Source of the DNA: Pseudomonadota bacterium
GTDB lineage: Bacteria; Bdellovibrionota_G; JALEGL01; DATDPG01
Direction of reading: 5' to 3'
Assembly (NCBI GenBank): GCA_043809315.1
Contig: JAZDDX010000007.1
Coordinates: 1 to 64,000, forward strand
Length of the DNA: 64,000 nt
The translations under genes were made by a program, and so were the position numbers. The notes under the pieces were generated by a model, which was given only the letters and a program-made list of their open reading frames with translations, ran no database searches and was not told the DNA's origin. Positions 1 through 8,553 of the stretch are shown here, piece by piece (the stretch's first letter is position 1; the number at the start of each line of letters is the position of its first letter).

Positions 1-2
1 CC

Positions 3-242
3 TACAACAAGGTCTTTGCAGCGCTGGGGCTGCCCGTACGATCTACTCACACGCTGCGTCACACATTCGCCACGCTCTACACGGAGCAGACGCGAAACCG
101 TATGGCGACCCAGGGCGTGTTGGGGCACTCATCGTCGAGCATGACGGATCGCTACGCAAAGCCGACGCTGAAAGCGCAGCGGGACTCGATGGAGGACTTC
201 CTCGTCGGGAAAAGTAGGCCGGTCTCAGAAAGTAAACCGTAA
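3..242 (+). CDS. Tyrosine recombinase/integrase, C-terminal part (truncated by window start)
   Basis: Hand translation from base 3: YNKVFAALGLPVRSTHTLRHTFATLYTEQTRNRMATQGVLGHSSSSMTDRYAK...*. Shows HxLR, LGH and the catalytic Tyr; homologous to the integrase at 36900-38141. Not in the ORF track. Confidence 0.9.
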   Translation, partial: YNKVFAALGLPVRSTHTLRHTFATLYTEQTRNRMATQGVLGHSSSSMTDRYAKPTLKAQRDSMEDFLVGKSRPVSESKP

Positions 243-258
243 AGAGATGAAACGAGCT

Positions 259-278
259 GTTCCACAAAGTTCCACAAA
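259..278 (+). repeat. Tandem 10-bp repeat GTTCCACAAA x2, putative integrase arm sites
   Basis: Starts 72 nt from the tRNA 3' end, the same spacing as at 15316, 18340 and 38147. Confidence 0.7.
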
Positions 279-330
279 ACGCCCTTCGGGAGCTCTCGAT
301 CTTCGTGATTTCAATGAGTTAGAAAAAAAA

Positions 331-420
331 TGGCGGAGAGAGAGGGATTCGAACCCCCGATACCCTTACGGGTACACCTGATTTCGAGTCAGGCGCCTTC
401 AACCACTCGGCCATCTCTCC
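331..420 (-). tRNA. tRNA-Ser(CGA)
   Basis: Reverse complement folds as a cloverleaf with long variable arm; anticodon arm CCTGA-CT CGA AA-TCAGG; GGTTCGAATCC; CCA end. Confidence 0.95.
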
Positions 421-901
421 GCTTTTCGGCCCTGCGCTCCTTGAAAAAATCTTTCAGGAGCTGGGCGCACTCAAACTCACATACGCCGGAAACGATCTCG
501 ACCTCGTGGTTCAGGCCGAGAATCTTCCGGTGCTTCGAAACGAACCGGAGCGCCCCCCCTTTGGGGTTGGCACAACCGTATACGACCCGCTTGATCCGCG
601 AAAGGGATATGGCTCCCGTGCAGAGGAGGCACGGCTCCACCGTGACGTACATCGTCGCGGTCTCGAGCCTCCAACTCTCGCACATCTCCGCCGCGTGCCG
701 GATCGCCAACACCTCGGCATGCGCCGTCGGGTCGTTCCGCTCCTCCCGGGCGTTCCCACCGGAGGAGTACAACTCCCCGTCGATCACGACGATCGCGCCG
801 ACCGGAACTTCCCCCGCAACCGCGGCCTCTTTGGCCCGGCGGATGGCAAGAGACATATAATAGGCGTCGGAAAGCGGCGCTCTTTTGTCGGACTCGGTCA
901 T
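389..901 (-). CDS. tadA: tRNA adenosine(34) deaminase
   Basis: GEVPVGA, DPTAHAE and EPCxxC deaminase motifs; next to tRNA-Arg(ACG). Confidence 0.92.
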   Translation of the reverse strand: MTESDKRAPLSDAYYMSLAIRRAKEAAVAGEVPVGAIVVIDGELYSSGGNAREERNDPTAHAEVLAIRHAAEMCESWRLETATMYVTVEPCLLCTGAISLSRIKRVVYGCANPKGGALRFVSKHRKILGLNHEVEIVSGVCEFECAQLLKDFFKERRAEKRRDGRVVEGA

Positions 902-909
902 AATCAGAA

Positions 910-986
910 TGGTGCGCCCTGGGTGATTCGAACACCCGACCCCCAGATTCGTAGTCTGGTGCTCTATCCAGCTGAGCTAAGGGCGC
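910..986 (-). tRNA. tRNA-Arg(ACG)
   Basis: GCGCCCTTAGCTCAGCTGGATAGAGC...CCAGA-CT ACG AA-TCTGG...TTCGAATC...ACCA. Confidence 0.95.
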
Positions 987-1082
987 GGAATCAGGGTCGG
1001 TTCCTTACTCAACGCGGGATATAATGTAAAGGGAAAATCTGGATCTGCTCCGCATCCCATCTTATGATTTGAGGAGTTGAAC

Positions 1083-1286
1083 GTGTTGAATAGAAAGGGA
1101 TTTACGCTTCTCGAGCTGATGATCGTCGTGGCAATCATCGGGATCCTGAGCGCGGCGTTCATCTCGGCCGGGCCGAATCCGCTGGCCGTTCCGGCCGCGG
1201 TGAAGTCGACGGCGAACTGGTCGGACGACTCGTGGGGAGAGGTCGTCGGCGGATCGGGTATTTACAAAGTGAACGAGGTCGATTGA
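1083..1286 (+). CDS. Short type IV pilin-like protein (possibly internally deleted)
   Basis: Prepilin site RKG|FTLLELMIVVAIIGIL; RBS GAGGAG before a GTG start; mature length only about 61 aa. Confidence 0.7.
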   Translation: MLNRKGFTLLELMIVVAIIGILSAAFISAGPNPLAVPAAVKSTANWSDDSWGEVVGGSGIYKVNEVD

Positions 1287-1621
1287 TTACACCCTGGGGA
1301 GAATGGAACGTCCTCTTCGAGGGCCCTTCCTACAAAGTCAAACGGATTACCGTGAACCCGGGTCACCGCCTCAGCTATCAGCGGCACCTTCACCGGAGGG
1401 AGCACTGGATGATCGTCGAGGGGAGCGGAATCATGACTCTCGACGGCCGCTCTTATGAAGTCGCCTCGGGGCAAACGGTCGACATTCCGATCGGTACTCC
1501 TCATCGAATCGCCGGCGCGGGAACAGAGCCCCTGGTCTTCATCGAGATCTGGAGCGGAAACTCCTGCGACGAGGAGGATATTATCCGCCTGGAGGACGAC
1601 TACGGGCGGACCGGGAAGTAA
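1283..1621 (+). CDS. Phosphomannose isomerase type II cupin domain protein
   Basis: PWG...KVKRITVNPGHRLSYQRH.HR.EHW...EEDIIRLEDDYGR; start uncertain. Confidence 0.85.
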   Translation: MITPWGEWNVLFEGPSYKVKRITVNPGHRLSYQRHLHRREHWMIVEGSGIMTLDGRSYEVASGQTVDIPIGTPHRIAGAGTEPLVFIEIWSGNSCDEEDIIRLEDDYGRTGK

Positions 1622-2192
1622 CGAACCGCGATCCGGCGACCGCAAATCGATACGGCCATTCCACCCCGCGCGTGATCCCGATCCGTGCGGTCGTTTCGAA
1701 TTCAACCGGTTCGTGATTTCGCCCATCGCAAATCCAGAGAGGTTTTTGCCCCAGGGCGTTTCCGTTCAACCGTCGACCGATTGAAAGCGCCTGCGTGAGC
1801 TTGCCGGGGCCCGAGGCAAGCTCCTCGAGTTTCGTCCGATTCCGCCGCCGTTGCATGACGCCGATCCCTTCGATCGGCTCCAACGCACGGATCAGGACGG
1901 CGCTCGCCTCCCCTTCCCTTCCGGTCACGACGTTCACGCAAAAGTGAGTGCCGTAAGTGAAGTAGACGTAGGCATGCCCCGGCGGGCCGAACATCACTTC
2001 ATTGCGCGGGGTTTTTCCGCGATAGGCATGGGAGGCGGGATCCTCCGATCCCAGGTATGCCTCGACCTCCACGATCCGTCCCGCCGTGACAACGCCGTTC
2101 CGTTCCCGGCAGAGGATTTTTCCAAGAAGCTCCGGCGCGACCTTCAACGCACTACGGGCATAGAACCGTTTGGGGAGCGGATGGTTTTTCAT
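1581..2192 (-). CDS. mpg: DNA-3-methyladenine glycosylase (AAG/MPG family)
   Basis: C-terminal part of ORF 1581-3527: GRIVEVEAYLG.EDPASH, GHAYVYFTYG, AVLIRALEP, GPGKLTQAL, RIGI; ATG at 2192. Confidence 0.9.
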   Translation of the reverse strand: MKNHPLPKRFYARSALKVAPELLGKILCRERNGVVTAGRIVEVEAYLGSEDPASHAYRGKTPRNEVMFGPPGHAYVYFTYGTHFCVNVVTGREGEASAVLIRALEPIEGIGVMQRRRNRTKLEELASGPGKLTQALSIGRRLNGNALGQKPLWICDGRNHEPVEFETTARIGITRGVEWPYRFAVAGSRFVTSRSARSRPPGG

Positions 2193-2231
2193 TTTAGGAG
2201 CCGCAATTATATATGAGTATATTCCCTCCGC

Positions 2232-4040
2232 ATGCCCCTCCGGCAACTTTGGCTCGGATTGGTCCCGGTCGTGCTGGCTTTCATCGCGGCAGCACCGAGC
2301 GTCAGCTACGAGTTCGCGGCGGATGACGGCCTGTTGATTCTCGAGAACCGGGACGTTCAATCCCTCCGGAACGTTCCTTCTCTTTTCCACAAAGATTTCT
2401 TCGAACGTTCCATCGTAGGGCTTCCTACGAGAGGTGAGATCGGTTACTACCGGCCGCTCACCAAAGTCTCCTTCGCCATCGATTGGTTTGTTTGGGGGAG
2501 AAACCCTTTCGGGTTTCATCTGACCAATGTGTTGCTGCACGGAGTTGCGGCGTTTCTCGTCTTCTGGCTTGCCCTCGCCCTTCCCCTGAGCATGGAAGGA
2601 GCGCTGATCGGTTCGATCCTGTTCGCGCTCTACCCATCGCACCCCCAGGCCGTGGCTCTCATCAACGCCCGATCGGATCTCCTCTGCGCGATCGGCGCCT
2701 TGTTTGCGTGTTTCGGAACCGTCCGGAGAAGCTGGCCGGTCGTCGTTATGGGAACACTCCTGGCCGCCGGTTCCAAGGAGACCGGCTTGATCGTTCCCGG
2801 CCTCGTCGGGTTGCTCCTTTTCGTACGAGAGGGTCCCGTCCGGACGAATCTCCGCCTCTTGTACAGCTCGTGTGTTTCGGTCGCCGCCTACCTCGTCGTT
2901 CGTCATCTCGTTCTCGGTCCGGCGTTCCCGAAACCGCCGGCATCCTCCAGCGGGACCTCCGGCTCCTGGTTCCTTCTTTCGGGGAAATCCCTGGGAGCCC
3001 ACCTCTATGCTCTGGCCGGGCTGGACACCTCCGGTCTTTCGTTGATTCTCCTGCCTCGCAACTGGACGGACCCTTTCGTTTGGGTCTCCTGGCTCGTCGT
3101 CTTGATCTTCATCGCGGTTTGGTTTCGATGCGCGGTCCGACGAGAAGTTCCGGGGTTTGTGCTGTTTTGGGTGATCGGGGGATTCCTTCCTCTGTTGGCG
3201 GTTCGAAATATTCATGTCCCGTACTCCGGGGTGATCATCGCGCTGCACGAGCGCTGGACGTACCTTCCAAGTATCGGGATTTCGCTGACCATCGGGTGGC
3301 TTCTGGGACGACAGCCGATCTCTCGTCGGATTCAATGGCTCGGCATCGCAACCGCATTGATCTTGGTCGGTGTGTATTGGACCCGAATGTCGTCCTATGC
3401 GTCCGATCGATCGATGGAACGGGCGGAGCTCGAAGTCTTGCAACAGGCTCCGTTTGAGACGCTTCCCGGCCCGTTTCAAGCTAAGCGACTGGGGATGGAA
3501 GGAGTCCAGGCTGCCCTGGGAAATCATTTCGATGTCGCGGCCGAACGATTATCGGAGGCTCTGACCCTGGAGCCCGACAATCCTTACTACCAGCAGAATC
3601 TGGGGACCGTCCTGATGCAGCAGGGGGATCTCCCCCGAGCGATCATTCTGCTGCGAAAGTCTCTCGCACCCAAAAAGATCGGAACCGCCGGAGGGATCGA
3701 CACGTTCACCGTCGACGACGGTCAATCCCGCGGACGACCCGAACGGTACGCGCTGTTGGGAGAGGCGTTGCGCCGCGCAGGGGATCTTTCCGCATCGACC
3801 GCCGCGCTCGAAATGGCTCACGAAGGGGATCCGGCCAACGCCAAGTACGCGCTGAATCTGGCCGTCGTGTTGGCGGTGCAGAGACGTTGGGAGGAAGCCA
3901 AGAGGTATTATCGAACCGCTCTATCGCTCAAACCGTGTTACCCCCTTGCGTTGATCGCCCTTCAAGAGATCGGTCGGATTCAGAAAAACGAGACGCTGAC
4001 GAGCTTCACTCGCGAAACCATGAAAGCTTGCGGGCCATGA
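2232..4040 (+). CDS. Multi-TM GT-C-like (TMTC-type) membrane protein with C-terminal TPR repeats
   Basis: DD motif, YYRPL, GFHLTNVLLH, HP.AV..I..RSDLL, SKE, ERWTYLPS; TPRs at the C-terminus. Confidence 0.8.
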   Translation: MPLRQLWLGLVPVVLAFIAAAPSVSYEFAADDGLLILENRDVQSLRNVPSLFHKDFFERSIVGLPTRGEIGYYRPLTKVSFAIDWFVWGRNPFGFHLTNVLLHGVAAFLVFWLALALPLSMEGALIGSILFALYPSHPQAVALINARSDLLCAIGALFACFGTVRRSWPVVVMGTLLAAGSKETGLIVPGLVGLLLFVREGPVRTNLRLLYSSCVSVAAYLVVRHLVLGPAFPKPPASSSGTSGSWFLLSGKSLGAHLYALAGLDTSGLSLILLPRNWTDPFVWVSWLVVLIFIAVWFRCAVRREVPGFVLFWVIGGFLPLLAVRNIHVPYSGVIIALHERWTYLPSIGISLTIGWLLGRQPISRRIQWLGIATALILVGVYWTRMSSYASDRSMERAELEVLQQAPFETLPGPFQAKRLGMEGVQAALGNHFDVAAERLSEALTLEPDNPYYQQNLGTVLMQQGDLPRAIILLRKSLAPKKIGTAGGIDTFTVDDGQSRGRPERYALLGEALRRAGDLSASTAALEMAHEGDPANAKYALNLAVVLAVQRRWEEAKRYYRTALSLKPCYPLALIALQEIGRIQKNETLTSFTRETMKACGP

Positions 4041-4116
4041 CCCGTTGACCCAGAAAAATCTTCATAGTCTCCGGAGTAAGGTCGTTTTTAAGTCACTGAA
4101 AAGACAGGGGTTTGTC

Positions 4117-4132
4117 TGGCATGCGGGGTGCA
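4117..4132 (+). promoter_or_regulatory. Putative sigma54 (-24/-12) promoter
   Basis: TGGCATGCGGGGTGCA fits GG-N10-GC; ends 13 nt before the ATG at 4146. Confidence 0.55.
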
Positions 4133-4145
4133 GGCATTCTCTTCA

Positions 4146-5759
4146 ATGACCTCTCGTCGGAGCAGTCCCCTCTTTTTCGTAATTCTCGCTCTCTGGATAA
4201 CCCTGGGCCACGCGTCGGCCGCTACATATTACGTGTCGACCTCCGGAAGTGATTCCAACTCTGGAACCGAATCACTGCCGTTCAAGACGATTCAGAAAGG
4301 GGTGAATGTCGCCGTTGCCGGGGACTCGGTTTACGTGCGTGGCGGAACCTACCATGAGGCGGTGATGTTCGGCCGGTCAGGGGAGGAGGGGAAACCGATC
4401 ACGCTGGCCGGGTACCCCGGCGAACGGCCGCTCTTGGACGGCGAATACACCCTGCCGGGAGGGGCGATCGTAGATACCGATCCGAAGACCGGGAACACGA
4501 CCGTGTCGCTCCCGATGATCCATTTCGCCACGTACAGCTACATCGTCGTCCGGAACTTTGAGATCGCCCGGTCGCACGGGGCCGGCATTTACGCCTCGTC
4601 GCACGACAACCTGATTGACGACGTCTGGGTGCGCGAGGTCCGCACGAGCGGGATCAACCTCTACAACTGCCAGCGAAACACCGTGCGGAACAGCCGGATC
4701 TCCGAGAGCGAGAACTGGGCCCCGTACCCCCGCTCCGCCTCCACCCTGAACTGGGGGGGCGGTCTTTCGGCGTGGGGCTGCACAGACGGCCGCTTCGAGG
4801 GGAACACCGTCTTCCACACCTGGGGAGAGGGGATCATCATCATGGGGGCGGAGCGGTTCGTCATCGAGGACAACGTTTCGTATGACAATTTCGGCCTGCA
4901 GATCTACAGCGAGCACTCCGCCTATGTCACGATCGCAAGAAACCTCGTCTACAACACGGGGGATCCTGTCTATCTCCGAGACGGGAATCCTTCCGAAGGG
5001 ATCCTGATCGCCGACGAGGTGGGGATGGATCAACACTTTCCGAACATCTACACGCACGACATCCAGGTGCTGAACAACTTCGTCACGGGGGGAATGTATA
5101 ACTTCAACTGGGCCGGGAACCTGAACGGCAGCACGCGGTGGTGCTGGGAACCGGGCGATCCTGGGGGGCTCGCCAACTCCGTCATCGCGAACAACACGTT
5201 CGTCAACGCCCGCGGGATCGCCTACGACCCGACCGGGATCCGGATCGACGGGGGGGTTCATACCAACGCCCGGTTCGAAAACAACATCATCGTTCAGGAG
5301 ACCGGGACCATCGCCGAGATCTTCAACGACCCGAACCTTCATTTCTCCAACAATCTCTGGTCGCGGACGCCCTCTACGAATGCGTCCAGCCCGAACGATG
5401 TCATCGGCGATCCTCTGCTTGCGAAGACGGGACCGACGGGACCGGGGGAACTTCTTCCCGATTATTTCAAGTTGCTCGTGAACTCCCCCGCCATCGATCA
5501 CGCCAAGGTGATCTCCGAGGTGACGGGAGACTATTTCAAACACCTTCGGAGCACTTCGCCCGATATCGGGGCGCACGAGTACGGAGCGGCTGAGGAAGAT
5601 CCGTCGCCGACGGTGCCACCGAGCGCACATTCATCCGGCGGATCGGGTTGCGCATCGAAGAGTGAACCCAAAGAAGGACTCTGGGTCTTCTGGACGGCTG
5701 TCCTGATGATCCTTTGGCGGAGAGGGCGAAAATCGCCGAATTCGGAAAAGATTTCATAG
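4146..5759 (+). CDS. Secreted right-handed beta-helix (DUF1565/pectate-lyase-like) protein with Cys-TM-basic C-terminal anchor
   Basis: Signal peptide; YYVSTSGSDSNSGTESLPFKTIQ; beta-helix repeats; SPAID and PDIGAHE; ends GGSGC...TM...RRGRK. Confidence 0.8.
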   Translation: MTSRRSSPLFFVILALWITLGHASAATYYVSTSGSDSNSGTESLPFKTIQKGVNVAVAGDSVYVRGGTYHEAVMFGRSGEEGKPITLAGYPGERPLLDGEYTLPGGAIVDTDPKTGNTTVSLPMIHFATYSYIVVRNFEIARSHGAGIYASSHDNLIDDVWVREVRTSGINLYNCQRNTVRNSRISESENWAPYPRSASTLNWGGGLSAWGCTDGRFEGNTVFHTWGEGIIIMGAERFVIEDNVSYDNFGLQIYSEHSAYVTIARNLVYNTGDPVYLRDGNPSEGILIADEVGMDQHFPNIYTHDIQVLNNFVTGGMYNFNWAGNLNGSTRWCWEPGDPGGLANSVIANNTFVNARGIAYDPTGIRIDGGVHTNARFENNIIVQETGTIAEIFNDPNLHFSNNLWSRTPSTNASSPNDVIGDPLLAKTGPTGPGELLPDYFKLLVNSPAIDHAKVISEVTGDYFKHLRSTSPDIGAHEYGAAEEDPSPTVPPSAHSSGGSGCASKSEPKEGLWVFWTAVLMILWRRGRKSPNSEKIS

Positions 5760-5810
5760 TTTTCGAGTGGCCCGACCCACCTATCTGCTTGACATCATTG
5801 GGTTTTGACC

Positions 5811-5826
5811 TGGCACGGCTCCTGCT
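5811..5826 (+). promoter_or_regulatory. Putative sigma54 (-24/-12) promoter
   Basis: TGGCACGGCTCCTGCT, close to consensus TGGCAC-N5-TTGCW; just upstream of the GTG at 5841. Confidence 0.6.
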
Positions 5827-5840
5827 CTGAATATCTCCCT

Positions 5841-7406
5841 GTGAGCCTCTTCCGCCCCATCCCACTCCTGGCCGCGGTTCTGGCTTTTTCTGTTTTCGTG
5901 AATTGCGGCTCCGATCCTGTCGCCAGCATCGATCGTGGCCTCACCACGACCACCCCGACCCCCACCCTTCGGCCGATCATCACGGTGACCCCGAACCCGA
6001 CCCCGACGCCGTTCCCGTCGGGCGGGACAGCGACGCCTACCCCTCGCGCGACCAGCACACCGAGACCGACGGCTACACCGACCCCGACGTCGACCCCCTG
6101 CACTGGATGCACACCGACCCCGACCCCAACGCCGAGACCGACGGCCGTTCCGGGATCTCTCTGGGTTACGGCTTACATCGACCAAATGGCGGCGGGATGT
6201 TTCTCCGGTTCGATGGGCGGCTGGTGGACCCCCGAGTATTGCTACGCCTCCGCGAACGACATCCCGTGGGACACGTTCAGCCACCTGGTCTACATCGGCT
6301 CGGACATCGATTCGAACTATCTGACCAGCACCAGCGCGCTTTTGAACGGGACCGACCACCTAAGCGCCGCTGCTCTCGCCACCGCAGGGCACGCACACGG
6401 AAAACCGGTCCTACTGAGTTTGTTGGCCAACGGAAACACGAACGGGATCAACGCCGCCAAGAACGACCCCAATACACTCGTGAATGATGCTCTGGCCGTC
6501 ATTCTCGCCAATCATTTGGACGGCGTCGATATCGACATCGAGAACGGCAGCGACGGCGGGTGGAGCCTGGTGAATGTTGCGGGGGACAAGGAGGCGATGA
6601 TCAGTCTGATCACCAAGATGCGGACCGCGTTCAACGGGCACAACGCCTTTTACGACGTCACCAAGCCGCTGATCATCACCTGCGCCGGGAGCGCCTGGGA
6701 CGCGAAGCTCTGGGCTGACCCGGCCGTTCACGCGCAGGTCGATCAGGTGAACTTGATGACGTACGGAATGGCCAGCGTGGGTCAGGGGAAGGCCTGGCAT
6801 CACAACGCCGTAAAAAGCCGGAATGCAAGCGGGGTGATCTTCGCACGTGATACCGGCGGAAACGAACTCCCGAGCATTCAATCGGCCTGGGAGATCTTCA
6901 AATCCCGCGCCGCATCGAACGGCTACGGCTCGTTCAACCACCGGATGCTCGGCGTCGGGATCGGAACCTACGGAAGCGGAACGAGCGGCGGAGTCTTGGC
7001 CTCCGACCACCTCAAGGGGATCACCGCCCCCTATCAGGTTTGGTCCACGGCCCCCGCATTCCCGAGCAGCTACTGGTTCACATTCTTCCACACCTGGTCG
7101 CTTTCTCAGATCACGTCCCGGATTCTGGATTTTCACAACTCCTCTGAGATCCTCTATGACACGCAGGCCAAAGCCCCCTATCTGTCGCTCGGTTCGACGC
7201 CGTCCGACGCCCAGTTCATCTCATTCATGAACGGGGAGGAGGCGGCCGATTTCGCGCAGTATTTGAAGGACGAGGGGATGGGGGGCGGGATCGTCTTTCA
7301 ATTGGGATACAGCCACTTGACCGCCACGAACAAGAGCACCGGCGCTGCACGCCCGGACCGCGATCCGTTCATGCGCGCGCTCAAGATGGCGGCCGGAATT
7401 CAGTAA
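5841..7406 (+). CDS. GH18 chitinase-like lipoprotein with Pro/Thr linker
   Basis: Lipobox-like VNC; long PT repeat; catalytic DGVDIDIE; NLMTY; YD..AKAPYL; GMGG. Confidence 0.85.
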   Translation: MSLFRPIPLLAAVLAFSVFVNCGSDPVASIDRGLTTTTPTPTLRPIITVTPNPTPTPFPSGGTATPTPRATSTPRPTATPTPTSTPCTGCTPTPTPTPRPTAVPGSLWVTAYIDQMAAGCFSGSMGGWWTPEYCYASANDIPWDTFSHLVYIGSDIDSNYLTSTSALLNGTDHLSAAALATAGHAHGKPVLLSLLANGNTNGINAAKNDPNTLVNDALAVILANHLDGVDIDIENGSDGGWSLVNVAGDKEAMISLITKMRTAFNGHNAFYDVTKPLIITCAGSAWDAKLWADPAVHAQVDQVNLMTYGMASVGQGKAWHHNAVKSRNASGVIFARDTGGNELPSIQSAWEIFKSRAASNGYGSFNHRMLGVGIGTYGSGTSGGVLASDHLKGITAPYQVWSTAPAFPSSYWFTFFHTWSLSQITSRILDFHNSSEILYDTQAKAPYLSLGSTPSDAQFISFMNGEEAADFAQYLKDEGMGGGIVFQLGYSHLTATNKSTGAARPDRDPFMRALKMAAGIQ

Positions 7407-7418
7407 CAGAAAACAAGA

Positions 7419-7441
7419 TGGCGGAGAGGGCGGGATTCGAA
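7419..7441 (-). repeat. att direct repeat: copy of the tRNA-Ser(GGA) 3' end
   Basis: TGGCGGAGAGGGCGGGATTCGAA, identical to 18412-18434. Confidence 0.9.
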
Positions 7442-7712
7442 AAACCCGTCCCCAACGCCGCGGCATCGTTACGGAAATGAATAACATCAAACCGTTACGC
7501 TTCAAAGACTGCCGCCCATTACCATGAATTCCCGCCTGTAACCGTCCGCGTGTTCCGCAAATGTTCCGCAAGATGCTTATCTCGAGGTTTGAGTTGATCG
7601 TTCAATCACCCACTGTAGGAGAGTGAGTGACTTCTTTCAGTGGTTTCGGCCCCGCGCGCACGCAAAAACCTGAAGAGTTTGGGGCATCTTCTGGTTTTTG
7701 GGTCTCCGGTCA

Positions 7713-7782
7713 AAAATCCCCACCCCCCGCCCTCCACGAGGAATAAGTGGAAAGAGAGAGGCAGTCGGGGGGTGGGGATTTT
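7713..7782. repeat. 17-bp perfect inverted repeat (hairpin)
   Basis: AAAATCCCCACCCCCCG (7713-7729) pairs with CGGGGGGTGGGGATTTT (7766-7782); a second IR at 7663-7676/7687-7700. Confidence 0.8.
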
Positions 7783-7831
7783 CTCCTACGACCTGCGCGC
7801 GGGGCCGGGGTCCAGACGGAGGGGAGGAAAT

Positions 7832-8488
7832 TCAATAAATAAAGGGGAAGAGCCGTTTGGTATGGGATTGGTAAGTCGCGTACTGCTCCCCAAACTTGGC
7901 TGCCAACGCCGTTTCTTCTGCGCCGATCCGCTTGGAATAGGCATACAGAAGGACCGGCCAGGCGACGAGCGAGCAAAGCGGAACGTCGAGAAGAAATGGA
8001 AGAAAGCCCCAGAAAAGGATCGCGCCGGTGTAGCTCGGATGCCGAATATTTCGGTATACACCGTGTTGGATCAGTTGGTGCCCGTCTTGCGTCACAACAG
8101 CGGCTGTGAACCATCTTCCAAGCGTCCGGATGGCAACAACGCGGAAGATCATTCCGCCCGTGGTGAGGATAGCGCCGACGATCGAAAAGGGATCGGCACA
8201 AGGCGGCGAATCGCGGAGTCGCCGATCCCACAGATAAACTCCATACGAAAGCGCGCAGACGAAGTACGCGGCGACCTGCAGGATCAACAGCGTCGAACGG
8301 TCTTCGTGGGTTGCCTGTTCCTTCCCAAGCTTGGCGTAGCGAAGATCTGGTTGGCTTCCGATCAGGACGACGCCGAGGACAAAAAAGAGCCAGAAACGCC
8401 AGTCGATCAGAGGGGTTCGAACGAAGATCGCAGGGATCCCAAGAAGAAGCGCCGGGATGAAGACGGCTTTGAGCCACCTGGGAAGCAC
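7832..8488 (-). CDS. Isoprenylcysteine carboxyl methyltransferase (ICMT/Ste14) family membrane protein
   Basis: TLGRWF...HQLIQHGVYRNIRHPSYTG...RIGAEE..L..KFGEQY..Y...TKRLFPFIY. Confidence 0.88.
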   Translation of the reverse strand: MLPRWLKAVFIPALLLGIPAIFVRTPLIDWRFWLFFVLGVVLIGSQPDLRYAKLGKEQATHEDRSTLLILQVAAYFVCALSYGVYLWDRRLRDSPPCADPFSIVGAILTTGGMIFRVVAIRTLGRWFTAAVVTQDGHQLIQHGVYRNIRHPSYTGAILFWGFLPFLLDVPLCSLVAWPVLLYAYSKRIGAEETALAAKFGEQYATYQSHTKRLFPFIY

Positions 8489-8553
8489 GGGAGAACTCTA
8501 TCTTATTGTGATCGTTGGGAAAAGAAGATACACAGACGATGGAGGGCGACTCA

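Larger units (their letters stand above)
1..346. mobile_element. tRNA-proximal end of an integrative element (island 0) in tRNA-Ser(CGA); extends off-window
   Basis: Integrase converges on the tRNA 3' end. Tandem GTTCCACAAA x2 at 259-278 and an IHF-like TTTCAATGAGTTA just before the tRNA 3' end. Confidence 0.75.

Noticed and set aside
2193-3527. 648-aa ORF as a long N-terminal extension of Mpg
   Set aside because: It is the antisense shadow of the 2232-4040 gene; only 1581-2192 looks like Mpg.
5940-6145. Repetitive ACCCCG-rich DNA as a repeat array or CRISPR
   Set aside because: It encodes the Pro/Thr linker of the GH18 protein; no repeat-spacer pattern or cas genes were seen anywhere in the window.
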